This document shows, piece by piece, positions 17,154-25,119 of a DNA stretch of 64,000 nt. This DNA is from Dehalococcoidia bacterium (GTDB lineage Bacteria; Chloroflexota; Dehalococcoidia; Lucifugimonadales; CATOSD01), in assembly GCA_965204815.1 (NCBI GenBank), contig OZ242014.1:3112532-3176531 (forward strand), written 5' to 3'. The notes under the pieces are model-generated. The model was not told the origin of the DNA and did not search any database. It worked only from the letters and a program-made list of their open reading frames with translations. The position numbers were made by a program, and so were the translations under genes. Each line of letters begins with the position of its first letter. Position 1 is the stretch's first letter.

Positions 17154-19424
17154 TTACGCGCCGGCCAGCGCGCGTTCGAGGGCGTTGTCCCACACGTCCG
17201 ACATGCGGGACACGGGCACGTCCAGCGCGGCGGGGACGGCACCCCCATCCTGACCTTCCCCCTGCGAGGGGGAAGGGACTAAGCGGAGGGCAAACGTCTC
17301 GCCGCCGGTGCGGCCGAGCGGGAGCCAGGGGACGCCCTCTTCGGCGCAGATGCGGCGCAGATCGGACTCGCGGTCGGGGGGGAGCGAGACGATGATGCGG
17401 GACTGGCGCTCGCCGAAGAGGGCGGCGTCCCAGCGGTCCGGGACGGCGAACTCGCCGCGGAATCCGACGCCGCCGGCGATGCAGGACTCGGCCAACGCGA
17501 CCGCCAGTCCGCCGTCGGAGCAGTCGTGGGCAGACTCGGCGACGCCCTCGCGGACGAGACGGCGGCAGGCGCGCTGCACCGCCACTTCCAGGTCCATGTC
17601 GATGCGGGGGCGGCCCGCGGTGAGACCGTGGACGACGTGCAGGTACTCGCTGGCGGCGAGGTCGTCCGGGTCGCCGGACACTTCGCCCGCGCCGAGAAGC
17701 GCGACCAGTCGGCCCGGCCCGGCGAAGCCTATGCCGGCGATGCGCCGCACGTCCTCTATCAGTCCGAGCGCGCCGACAATGGGCGTGGGCCAGATGTCCT
17801 GTCCCTGCGTCTCGTTGTACAGGCTCACGTTGCCGCTCACCACGGGCGCGCCCAGCGCGCGGCTGGCGGCGGCCATGCCCTCGATGCACCGCTCGAGCTG
17901 GTAGTAGGTTTCCGGCTTCTCTGGGTTGCCGAAATTGAGGCAGTCGGTGAGCGCGATAGGCTCCGCGCCTGCGCACGAGACGTTGCGGCACGCCTCGGCG
18001 ACGGCTATCTGGCCGCCTGCGTAGGGGTCGAGGTAGCAGTAGCGGCCGTTGCCGTCGGTGGACAGCGCGAGAGCGCGCCGCGTGCCCCGGATGCGTATCA
18101 CGGCGGCGTCCGTGCCCGGCGGCTGGACGGTGTTGGTCTGCACCTGGTGGTCGTACTGGCGATACACCCAGCGCTTACTGGCGATGTTGGGGGAGGCGAG
18201 CAGGCGGAGGAGCGTCTCGCCGGGGCCGTCATCGGGGAGAGAAACGGCGGCGAGGTCGTGGCGCTGCGCCTCGTCCAGCCAGGCGGGTTTGCGCCCTTGC
18301 AGGCGGTACAGCGGCGGGTCGGTGAGCAGGCGGACGGGCACCTCGCCCTCGAGGCGGTCGCCGTCTCGGACGCGGGCGATGCCGTCGCCGGTGACGGCGC
18401 CTATCACGCTGCACTCGAGGTCCCACTTGTCGAAGATGGCCTTCACCTGGTCCTCGCGGCCGCGGCGGGCGATGACGAGCATCCGCTCCTGGGACTCGGA
18501 GAGCATGACCTCGTAGGGGACCATGCCGTCGTCGCGGCGGGGGACGCGGGAGACGTCCAGGTCGATGCCGGCCCCGCCCCTGGCGGCTGCCTCCACGCTG
18601 GCGCTGGTGAGGCCGGCGGCGCCGAGGTCCTGCATACCGACGTAGTGGTCGGTGGCGGCGAGCTCCAGGCACGCCTCGATGAGCGACTTCTCCATGAAGG
18701 GGTTGCCCACCTGGACCGTGGGGCGCAGCTCCCTCTCCTCCTCGAACGAACGGGAGGCCAGGCCGGACGCGCCGTGAATGCCGTCGCGTCCGGTGCGGGC
18801 GCCGACCAGCATGAGGGAGCTGCCGGGCGCGCCGACGGCGCTGATGAGGCTGCGCTTGTCGAGAATGCCGACGCACATCGCGTTGACGAGCGGGTTGCCG
18901 GAGTAGGTGGGGCCGAAGCAGATCTCGCCGCCGACGTCGGGCACGCCGATGCAGTTGCCGTAGCCGGATATGCCGGCCACCACGCCCTGGAGCAGGAAGC
19001 GGTTGCGCGGCTCGGACAGGTCGCCGAAACGCAGGGAGTTGAGCAGGGCGATGGGGCGCGCGCCCATGGCGAAGATGTCGCGAACGATGCCGCCCACGCC
19101 GGTCGCGGCGCCCTGGTACGGCTCGATGGCGGACGGGTGGTTGTGGGACTCTATCTTGAACACCACGGCCAGTCCGTCGCCAATGTCCACGGCGCCGGCG
19201 TTCTCGTCGCCTGCGCCGACCAGCACGCGGGGGCCGTCGCCGGGCAGCAGCCGCAGCAGGGGCTTGGAGTGCTTGTAGCCGCAGTGCTCGCTCCACAGGG
19301 AGCCGAACAGGCCGAGCTCGAGCTCGTTGGGGACCCTGCCGAGCCGATCGACTATGGCCTCGTACTCCCGCTCGGACAGGGCGAGGCTGTCGAGGGCTTC
19401 GCGTGTTTCGGGGGACAGCGTCAT
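17154..19424 (-). CDS. purL: phosphoribosylformylglycinamidine synthase subunit PurL
   Basis: 756 aa with canonical PurL blocks (SEHCGYKHS, ESHNHPS, GNPFMEK ...). The C-terminal region contains a repeat-derived insertion. Confidence 0.95.
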   Translation of the reverse strand: MTLSPETREALDSLALSEREYEAIVDRLGRVPNELELGLFGSLWSEHCGYKHSKPLLRLLPGDGPRVLVGAGDENAGAVDIGDGLAVVFKIESHNHPSAIEPYQGAATGVGGIVRDIFAMGARPIALLNSLRFGDLSEPRNRFLLQGVVAGISGYGNCIGVPDVGGEICFGPTYSGNPLVNAMCVGILDKRSLISAVGAPGSSLMLVGARTGRDGIHGASGLASRSFEEERELRPTVQVGNPFMEKSLIEACLELAATDHYVGMQDLGAAGLTSASVEAAARGGAGIDLDVSRVPRRDDGMVPYEVMLSESQERMLVIARRGREDQVKAIFDKWDLECSVIGAVTGDGIARVRDGDRLEGEVPVRLLTDPPLYRLQGRKPAWLDEAQRHDLAAVSLPDDGPGETLLRLLASPNIASKRWVYRQYDHQVQTNTVQPPGTDAAVIRIRGTRRALALSTDGNGRYCYLDPYAGGQIAVAEACRNVSCAGAEPIALTDCLNFGNPEKPETYYQLERCIEGMAAASRALGAPVVSGNVSLYNETQGQDIWPTPIVGALGLIEDVRRIAGIGFAGPGRLVALLGAGEVSGDPDDLAASEYLHVVHGLTAGRPRIDMDLEVAVQRACRRLVREGVAESAHDCSDGGLAVALAESCIAGGVGFRGEFAVPDRWDAALFGERQSRIIVSLPPDRESDLRRICAEEGVPWLPLGRTGGETFALRLVPSPSQGEGQDGGAVPAALDVPVSRMSDVWDNALERALAGA
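17240..17279 (-). repeat. family-1 hairpin repeat, short form, inside the purL coding sequence
   Basis: cacccccatcctgaCCTTCCCCCtgcgaGGGGGAAGGgac, translated in the purL frame as VPSPSQGEGQDGG. Confidence 0.85.
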
Positions 19425-19438
19425 CTGCGGCGGTCTGC

Positions 19439-19927
19439 CTATCCCCTGCCGGAGCCGATAGCGGCGAGGCCGGGCAGGTCGGCGAGGGGGATGACCTCGC
19501 CGGTGGACTCGAAGGTGTCGATCAGGCGGCGCACGTCGTCGGGCACGGGCCGGGAGTTTCGGGTGACCTCGTCGTGGTTGACATAGATGGCGACGCCGCG
19601 GGTGAGCGGTTCCTCGTCACAGCCGCGGTAGATTTCGCAGAGGGCGGTGATGCTGGAGTTGCCGACGCGCTGGATCTTCCAGCAGACGCTGAGGACATCG
19701 TCCAGGTGGGCGGCAACGAAGAAGTCTAGGGACATCTTGACGGTGGCAAAGTCGAGGTGGCGGCGCATGGCGGGGTCGTAGATGGCGATTCCGAGGTTGC
19801 GGAAGTACTCGGCCTGTCCGATCTCGATGAAGTTGGCGTAGGCTGCGCTGTAGACGACGCCCTGCACGTCGCACTCGGCCCAGCGGACCCGGAGGGTGTG
19901 GCTGAAATTGAAGTCGTCCCTGGCCAT
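19439..19927 (-). CDS. acyl-CoA thioesterase, 4HBT (hotdog) family
   Basis: 162 aa. RVRWAECDVQGVVYSAAYANF is a YbgC/4HBT-type N-terminal pattern. Confidence 0.75.
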   Translation of the reverse strand: MARDDFNFSHTLRVRWAECDVQGVVYSAAYANFIEIGQAEYFRNLGIAIYDPAMRRHLDFATVKMSLDFFVAAHLDDVLSVCWKIQRVGNSSITALCEIYRGCDEEPLTRGVAIYVNHDEVTRNSRPVPDDVRRLIDTFESTGEVIPLADLPGLAAIGSGRG

Positions 19928-19993
19928 TGCGGGGGACAGTATAGCAGCATGGGAGGTCGGGCGTGGGCTGCGTCGACACTTCTGTCCCGGCTT

Positions 19994-20057
19994 TCACCCC
20001 CATCCCCCACTTTCGCGGGGGAAGGCTCTAACCTTCTCCCTGAGAGGGGGAAGGGAC
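19994..20057 (-). repeat. family-1 repeat, long form (extra internal hairpin module)
   Basis: tcacccccaTCCCCCactttcgcGGGGGAaggctctaaCCTTCTCCCtgagaGGGGGAAGGgac. Confidence 0.8.
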
Positions 20058-20337
20058 CGCAGGCGTCCAAAGGCTTGAGCGCGCGAACGGCCTCGACTCA
20101 GATGGCATACCGATTGAATTGTTAAAGGCTCGCGGGTAGCGAGTGGGTTGGCAGCGCGGCAGGGCCGGGACTGGCTCGCGCGGTGGCCACGAGGACAGAC
20201 CGCGCAGCACCTCTCGACCTGCTGCCGCGTGATTGGGCCGGGGACGCCGTCGGCAAGGTGATGCGGAACCGGAACCGGAACTCCGCGCCGGCCTAACGGC
20301 GTGCGCGGTACGGGTCCCGGACGGCTTTTCGCTGACG

Positions 20338-20402
20338 TCACCCCCATCTTGACCCTTCGGCAAGCTCAGGGCAGGCTCTTCCCCCTGCGAGGGGGAAGGG
20401 AC
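20338..20402 (-). repeat. family-1 repeat, long form
   Basis: tcacccccatcttgacccttcggcaagctcagggcaggctCTTCCCCCtgcgaGGGGGAAGggac. Confidence 0.8.
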
Positions 20403-20923
20403 GATAGGAATGGACGGGTGACGGGCTACCAAGCGGAGTAGCATCCGGGCAGAGGCAGTGGCCAAACTGCCGGGTGGGACAAACAAGCTAGAAAATAGTG
20501 TCCCGTTTCGTTTCTTTTGTTTTATCTCCTCGGATTTCGTAGCTGGGCGGTCGGCGATTCAGGTTACGGATGGAACGGATTACGGTTGGACGGGAATTTA
20601 TCTGACGGTTTGTTGTCACGGCTGTTACGTTGGTGGCCGGTGGCCAGTGGCCGGTTGTTTGTGATGAAGGCAGCATAGCACGGATGTACTGGGGTGTCAA
20701 TAACCCCTCCGTTTAGAAATCCGCGAAGGACGCGAAAAATGGCAGGCGGCAACTTAACTGCCTGCGCCTTTAGCGGGCGGTGGGTTTGCGCGGCCGCGCC
20801 TTTCGGTCTACAGTGTCAATACAAGCAGACAGCTATTGAGTGGAGAATGCGAACTGGGCTATGAGTGGCGCGCCAAGAACGACTGTGCTACACTCTGCCT
20901 GAGCCATCTAGGCAAACATTCCA

Positions 20924-22336
20924 ATGTGGGCCAAGAATATGGAACTTGTCACATCTCCCAACGGCGGCAGTGTCACTGAGAGGCAGCGGCTGCAAGATCG
21001 CTTCGGCGAGCGCCTGAGCGTCAATCTAGCGTTCAACCGCAAGACAGTGTCGTATCAGGGCAATCGTAACGCCGCCGGGTTGCGCTGGATGAAGTACAAA
21101 GAGGCCTTTTCCAAAGAACTGGTCGAGGACTTTGTCGACGAGTACCAGCCGACTGCGCTCCTAGATCCGTTCGCGGGCATTGGGACGGCGCCACTGGTGG
21201 CGGCAGGCAACGGGCTTTCCGCGACCGGCATAGAGATAATGCCGGTCGGCGTGCTGGCGGGACAGACGATCGCACAGGCGGCGAACGGCGTTTCCCGCTC
21301 CGAGCTCGAGTCTGTGGGGAATAGACTAGTTGAGCACATTGCGTCCGATGAATCCGCTCTGTCCGAGTACGCGTTCCCACACGTCAAGATCACCGAATCC
21401 GCGTTCCCTGATACCACAGAGGCCGACATCGCGAAGGCGAGGCGCTTTATCGAAGAGATTGGCGACCCGACCTTGAGGGCGCTCATGAACTTCGCCTGCA
21501 TGTCCATCCTCGAGGATGTGAGTTACACGCGCAAGGACGGGCAGTATCTCAGGTGGGACTACCGATCAGGACGTTCACTCCGCTCACGCGTTGACAAGGG
21601 TCCGATTTTGCCGTTTCGACACGCCCTTGAACACCGACTGACTCAGATGGTTCAAGACATTAGGACCTTGAAACGCGAGTTGGGGTGGGGATACCCCACA
21701 CTCCTGACAGGCTCCAGCCTGGAATTGCTCCGAACGTTGCCATCGGAGTCATTCGACATGGTGATTACGTCACCTCCATACGCCAACCGTTACGACTACA
21801 CCCGCACATACGCCCTTGAATTGGCCTGGCTCGGCTACGACCAGGCAGACTTCGCCGACTTGCGCCAGCAGATGCTCTCGGCGACCGTCGAGAACAAGCC
21901 CAAGCAGGAGTGGCTGCGGAGAACTTACGGCGGAGACTCCAGTCTGCTAGAACGCGCCCAACGAATGTACCAAGACCAAGGGGCCACCCGTGAGGTCTTA
22001 CATATACTGAGGCAGCGGCAAGGGGAACTCGGCAACCGACACGTCATCCGGCTCATAGAAGGCTATTTCTTCGAGATGGCTATCATCGTAGCTGAGCTTG
22101 GGCGTCTTGTCCGGCCGGGCGGGACAGTCATAATGGTTAACGATAACGTCCAGTATCACGGCGAGGAACTACCGGTCGATCTCATTTTGGCGGACTACGC
22201 CGAACAGTCCGGTTTCGTTTGCGCGGACATTTGGACGCTGCAACGAGGCAAAGGGAATTCCAGCCAGCAGATGCGTCGTTTTGGTCGCCGCGAGATAAGG
22301 AAGTGCGTTTACAGATGGGTCCGGAAGAATGAGTAG
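20924..22336 (+). CDS. SAM-dependent DNA amino-methyltransferase (N4-C or N6-A), motif I upstream of motif IV
   Basis: 470 aa. Motif I-like LLDPFAGIGTAPLVAAG in the N-terminal fifth, catalytic ITSPPYANRYDY about 200 aa later. Lower GC than the flanks. An alternative ATG lies at 20939. Confidence 0.75.
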   Translation: MWAKNMELVTSPNGGSVTERQRLQDRFGERLSVNLAFNRKTVSYQGNRNAAGLRWMKYKEAFSKELVEDFVDEYQPTALLDPFAGIGTAPLVAAGNGLSATGIEIMPVGVLAGQTIAQAANGVSRSELESVGNRLVEHIASDESALSEYAFPHVKITESAFPDTTEADIAKARRFIEEIGDPTLRALMNFACMSILEDVSYTRKDGQYLRWDYRSGRSLRSRVDKGPILPFRHALEHRLTQMVQDIRTLKRELGWGYPTLLTGSSLELLRTLPSESFDMVITSPPYANRYDYTRTYALELAWLGYDQADFADLRQQMLSATVENKPKQEWLRRTYGGDSSLLERAQRMYQDQGATREVLHILRQRQGELGNRHVIRLIEGYFFEMAIIVAELGRLVRPGGTVIMVNDNVQYHGEELPVDLILADYAEQSGFVCADIWTLQRGKGNSSQQMRRFGRREIRKCVYRWVRKNE

Positions 22337-23273
22337 CCTGCATAATGCTCAGATCAGATCCACGCTCATTTCCGAGAGAATCCGCCAACGCACTGACCAG
22401 GATCTTCGGGATCTGATTGATGACTTTGCGACAGAGTTGGACTTTCGTCCGTTGGACGACCTGATGATAAGTGAACAGGCGTGGGAACATGTCATCGGCT
22501 GTGGAATCGACCCCAAGCTAGTGTTTGCTCACCCGGTGGTCTTACGAGCACACCCCTCAACGTCCCAATACTACCGCGGAATAGCCCTACTTCCACAGAA
22601 GCGCGTCGCCGACATTGCCGTTCCCGTATCGTCCTGGGAAGATGGCTCCCGAAAGTCCCGAATTTCCGATGACCAAAGCGTTCGTGTAGCACGGCTCTAC
22701 AACGCTGTCATATCGTCCATTATCGAAGGCACTACCGACTGGACACTGGAAAACGGCTACCGCAATCTCATAGCCAACATGGGAATCGGGCTGGACGGAA
22801 CGTTTCGCAACATCATCGGCAGAGATGCCGAAGACCTGGTTAGAACGCGCATAAGGAACTGGCTAGACAGGCACGGGCTCATTGTCAAACGGAACGAGCA
22901 AGGCACGGAGTTCGAACTCCCTAGAGGGTACTCGATGCGCTTCGGTTCCGAGCCGGATATACTGTTTCAGCGGCAAACCTCGGAGGGCTTGAGAGCTGCC
23001 GCCACAATTGAAATCAAAGGCGGGAAAGACCCGGCAGGGGCACTGGAACGGCTCGGGGCTATGCAGAAGAGCTTCGAAGACACGCCCGCGGATTGCGTCA
23101 ACTTTCTCGTCGCAGGCGTAGTCACGCCCGAGATGAGGGCCAGGCTGAACCAAATGGGCGTGGTCAAGGTGTTTCTGTTGGACGATATAGCCCATGACGG
23201 CGAGGCTTGGACCGAGTTCATCAACGAGGTGTTTCACTACACCGTCAGGATAACCGACTCGACTCTGACGTAA
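22329..23273 (+). CDS. putative restriction endonuclease (PD-(D/E)xK-like), partner of the methyltransferase
   Basis: 314 aa. Candidate catalytic FGSEPD-x17-EIKGGKD. The ATG overlaps the methyltransferase stop by 8 nt. Family not recognised by eye. Confidence 0.5.
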   Translation: MSSLHNAQIRSTLISERIRQRTDQDLRDLIDDFATELDFRPLDDLMISEQAWEHVIGCGIDPKLVFAHPVVLRAHPSTSQYYRGIALLPQKRVADIAVPVSSWEDGSRKSRISDDQSVRVARLYNAVISSIIEGTTDWTLENGYRNLIANMGIGLDGTFRNIIGRDAEDLVRTRIRNWLDRHGLIVKRNEQGTEFELPRGYSMRFGSEPDILFQRQTSEGLRAAATIEIKGGKDPAGALERLGAMQKSFEDTPADCVNFLVAGVVTPEMRARLNQMGVVKVFLLDDIAHDGEAWTEFINEVFHYTVRITDSTLT

Positions 23274-23380
23274 CGACTAAGGTGGTCGGCGGCGGCGCTT
23301 CGGGAGCTTGTGCCGTGAGGCGACCGCGTTAGATTCCTCGGCTACGCTCGGAATGACAGGGGGGAGGCGGCGGGCGGGCG

Positions 23381-23427
23381 TCACCCTCACCCTCACCCTG
23401 CCCCTCTCCCATCGAGTGAGAGGGGAC
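23381..23427 (-). repeat. family-2 repeat variant
   Basis: tcaccctcaccctcaccctgCCCCTCTCccatcgagtGAGAGGGGac. Confidence 0.75.
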
Positions 23428-23445
23428 TGTTCGGAAGGCGCGCGT

Positions 23446-23510
23446 TCACCCCCATCCCCGTATCGAGTACGGGGCAGGCTCTGACCTTCCCCCTGCGAGG
23501 GGGAGGAGAC
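23446..23510 (-). repeat. family-1 repeat, long form
   Basis: tcacccccatCCCCGTAtcgagTACGGGGcaggctctgaCCTTCCCCCtgcgaGGGGGAGGagac. Confidence 0.8.
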
Positions 23511-23513
23511 TGC

Positions 23514-23534
23514 GGGCGGGTTACAAACCCGCCC
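23514..23534 (-). terminator. hairpin downstream of the zinc-ribbon gene (no U-tract)
   Basis: GGGCGGGTT-aca-AACCCGCCC, a perfect 9-bp stem, 24 nt past the stop at 23558. Confidence 0.35.
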
Positions 23535-23557
23535 CTACTGCGTTGAGGGGGGACAAG

Positions 23558-23860
23558 CTACGAGGCGAGGGCTGTGCCACCGTCGGCGAGGCGGGGACTG
23601 TACAGGTGGCCGCACTTGCGGCAGCGGTAGACGGTGTTGTCCCGCTCGCGGAGCTTTTCGAGCGCGATGATGAAGTCGGAGTCGCAGCGGGGGCACAGGA
23701 GATCCAGTTCCATGAGGGGCAGGAAGCCGATGCCGGGCAGCCTTCGCTCGACCAGCTCGCCGACCGGCGGCCGGTGGCCGCACTGCACGCACCGGACGTC
23801 GGTGGTGTCTGCCACGTCCACGTCTCCGCCGCACCTTGGGCATCTCTTGAGCAGGAACAC
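23558..23860 (-). CDS. double zinc-ribbon protein
   Basis: CPRC-x13-CVQC and CPRC-x21-CRKC. GGAGG lies 7 nt upstream of the GTG at 23860; the track ORF starts at a TTG at 23902. Confidence 0.5.
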   Translation of the reverse strand: MFLLKRCPRCGGDVDVADTTDVRCVQCGHRPPVGELVERRLPGIGFLPLMELDLLCPRCDSDFIIALEKLRERDNTVYRCRKCGHLYSPRLADGGTALAS

Positions 23861-23964
23861 CTGGAAACCTCCGCGCCATAATCGACGGTCGCACTCGAAC
23901 AACGTCCGGACGCCTGTAGCCCGAAAACCTGATCACGGGCAACGCCCGCGCCTTGACGAACGAT

Positions 23965-23994
23965 ATTATACGAAGCGGCGAACGTTTGTGTCAA
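23965..23994 (-). promoter_or_regulatory. consensus sigma70 promoter for the zinc-ribbon gene
   Basis: Minus strand TTGACA (23994-23989), 18 nt spacer, TATAAT (23970-23965). A 12/12 match to consensus hexamers. Confidence 0.6.
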
Positions 23995-24083
23995 TAGCGT
24001 CCATACGCGGGCGTCGGCTACAATCTGGGCGAGGGCGTCCAGCGGACGGGCGCTCGCCGGAGTGGGCAGGCGGACGGAGCATC

Positions 24084-24464
24084 ATGGCCGAGCGGGAGCG
24101 CACATACGGGGGGCTTGCCGACATGGTGAGGGATGCCCGGCGCGGCAGGGGCATGACGCAGCGGCAGTTGTCGCTCGCGCTGGGCATGAGCCAGGGGTAC
24201 GTCGGGCACCTGGAGAGCGGGCGATTCCGGCCGACGGTGGCGACGCTGAAGGCGTTGGCGACCACGCTGGGTCTGCTGTACGGCGCGCTGGCCGTGGAGG
24301 CGGGATACATCACCGCCGAGGAGTACGAGAACCCGCTGGAGGACGAGCAGCTCGCGCGGCTGCACGAGGTGAGCGACCTGACGGACGACGAATGGGAGTC
24401 GGTGCGGGACTTCGCGCGCTACGTGCGGAGCACGCGGAGGGGCGGGGCTACACCCCCATCCTGA
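24084..24464 (+). CDS. XRE-family helix-turn-helix regulator
   Basis: 126 aa with MTQRQLSLALGMSQGYVGHLESGRFRPTVATLKALA. The last 4 codons and the stop lie inside a repeat copy. Confidence 0.8.
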   Translation: MAERERTYGGLADMVRDARRGRGMTQRQLSLALGMSQGYVGHLESGRFRPTVATLKALATTLGLLYGALAVEAGYITAEEYENPLEDEQLARLHEVSDLTDDEWESVRDFARYVRSTRRGGATPPS

Positions 24465-24515
24465 CCCATTCGGCAGGCCCAGGGCAGGCTCTTCACCCGT
24501 CGAGGGAGAAGGGAC
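24451..24515 (-). repeat. family-1 repeat, long form
   Basis: cacccccatcctgacccattcggcaggcccagggcaggctCTTCaCCCgtcgaGGGaGAAGggac. Confidence 0.8.
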
Positions 24516-24518
24516 TCT

Positions 24519-24559
24519 TCACCCCCATCCTAGCCTTCCCCCGTCAAGGGGGAAGGGAC
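24519..24559 (-). repeat. family-1 repeat, short form
   Basis: tcacccccatcctagCCTTCCCCCgtcaaGGGGGAAGGgac, directly abutting the previous copy. Confidence 0.85.
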
Positions 24560-24961
24560 AATAGGAGATTGGCGGGTTAGCTCCGCCACCAGCGGGAACT
24601 TGGCCTCTGGGATGCCGAGTTCCGGCGCGCTGAGGCGCCAGCCGTCCGGTCCGCCGAGCAGGTATGCCGCGAACTCCTCGGCCTGCCTCTCGGCTTTCGC
24701 CCGGTTCACCCACTGCCAGCTCTCCAGGTAGAAGCTCGTGCCCAGGTGCATCAGGTGGTGGCCGGTCGCGTGCGCCACCAGCCACCGGAACTCGGCGCGC
24801 GACAGCCCGGGGCGGACGCCTATCACGCCGTCGATGATCACCTCTTTCAGCCTGCCGCTGAAGGGGAACTCCACCACGCGCAGCCCGAGCGCGCGGGTCA
24901 ACGCCCGCAGGTCGGTCGGAGTTCGCAGGTTGTGGTCGCGCCAGATCTGGGCGGCCCTCAT
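24530..24961 (-). CDS. ImmA/IrrE (M78, COG2856)-like protein with degenerate metal motif
   Basis: FRWLVAHATGHHLMH sits where the family has HExxH, so the Glu is replaced by Ala. The C-terminus ...VPSPLTGEG* is repeat-derived. ATG at 24961 is preferred over the track start at 25021. Confidence 0.6.
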   Translation of the reverse strand: MRAAQIWRDHNLRTPTDLRALTRALGLRVVEFPFSGRLKEVIIDGVIGVRPGLSRAEFRWLVAHATGHHLMHLGTSFYLESWQWVNRAKAERQAEEFAAYLLGGPDGWRLSAPELGIPEAKFPLVAELTRQSPIVPSPLTGEG

Positions 24962-25119
24962 CTTGCCGTGCAATTCGGACCCCTTCTTCGATATAGAACT
25001 GTTGTACTGTAATGATGACAAGCGCCGATGGCGCTGTCAAGCGCGAGACGGCCGGCGTGGCGTGTGGGTGTGCGTATGCCAGCAGGGTGTTCGGCGGAAG
25101 TTACCAAGCCAGACGCGCG

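Noticed and set aside
20264-20280. GGAACC x3 microsatellite.
   Set aside because: It has only three units, lies in an intergenic region, and has no evident context.
20028-20486. ORFs across the 19.9-20.5 kb and 59.1-59.7 kb intergenic regions (20028..20486, 19994..20347, 59097..59681, 24519..25040).
   Set aside because: Their only distinctive peptides (PSPSQGEG, GEGQDGG, AGMTSEGAGMT) are translations of the hairpin repeats. There are no start-site signals and no family motifs.
20676-20689. A shared 14-mer TAGCACGGAT(G/A)TAC in the two AT-rich islets (20676-20689 and 59529-59542), considered as a possible att site or common regulatory element.
   Set aside because: A 13/14 match between any two positions in 64 kb on both strands is expected hundreds of times by chance (my rough estimate). 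The flanks do not align.
20694-20702. GTGTCAATA occurring three times (20694, 20813, 23986), considered as an operator of the XRE protein.
   Set aside because: A 9-mer is too short to be significant. One copy is simply the complement of the -35 TTGACA of the zinc-ribbon promoter.
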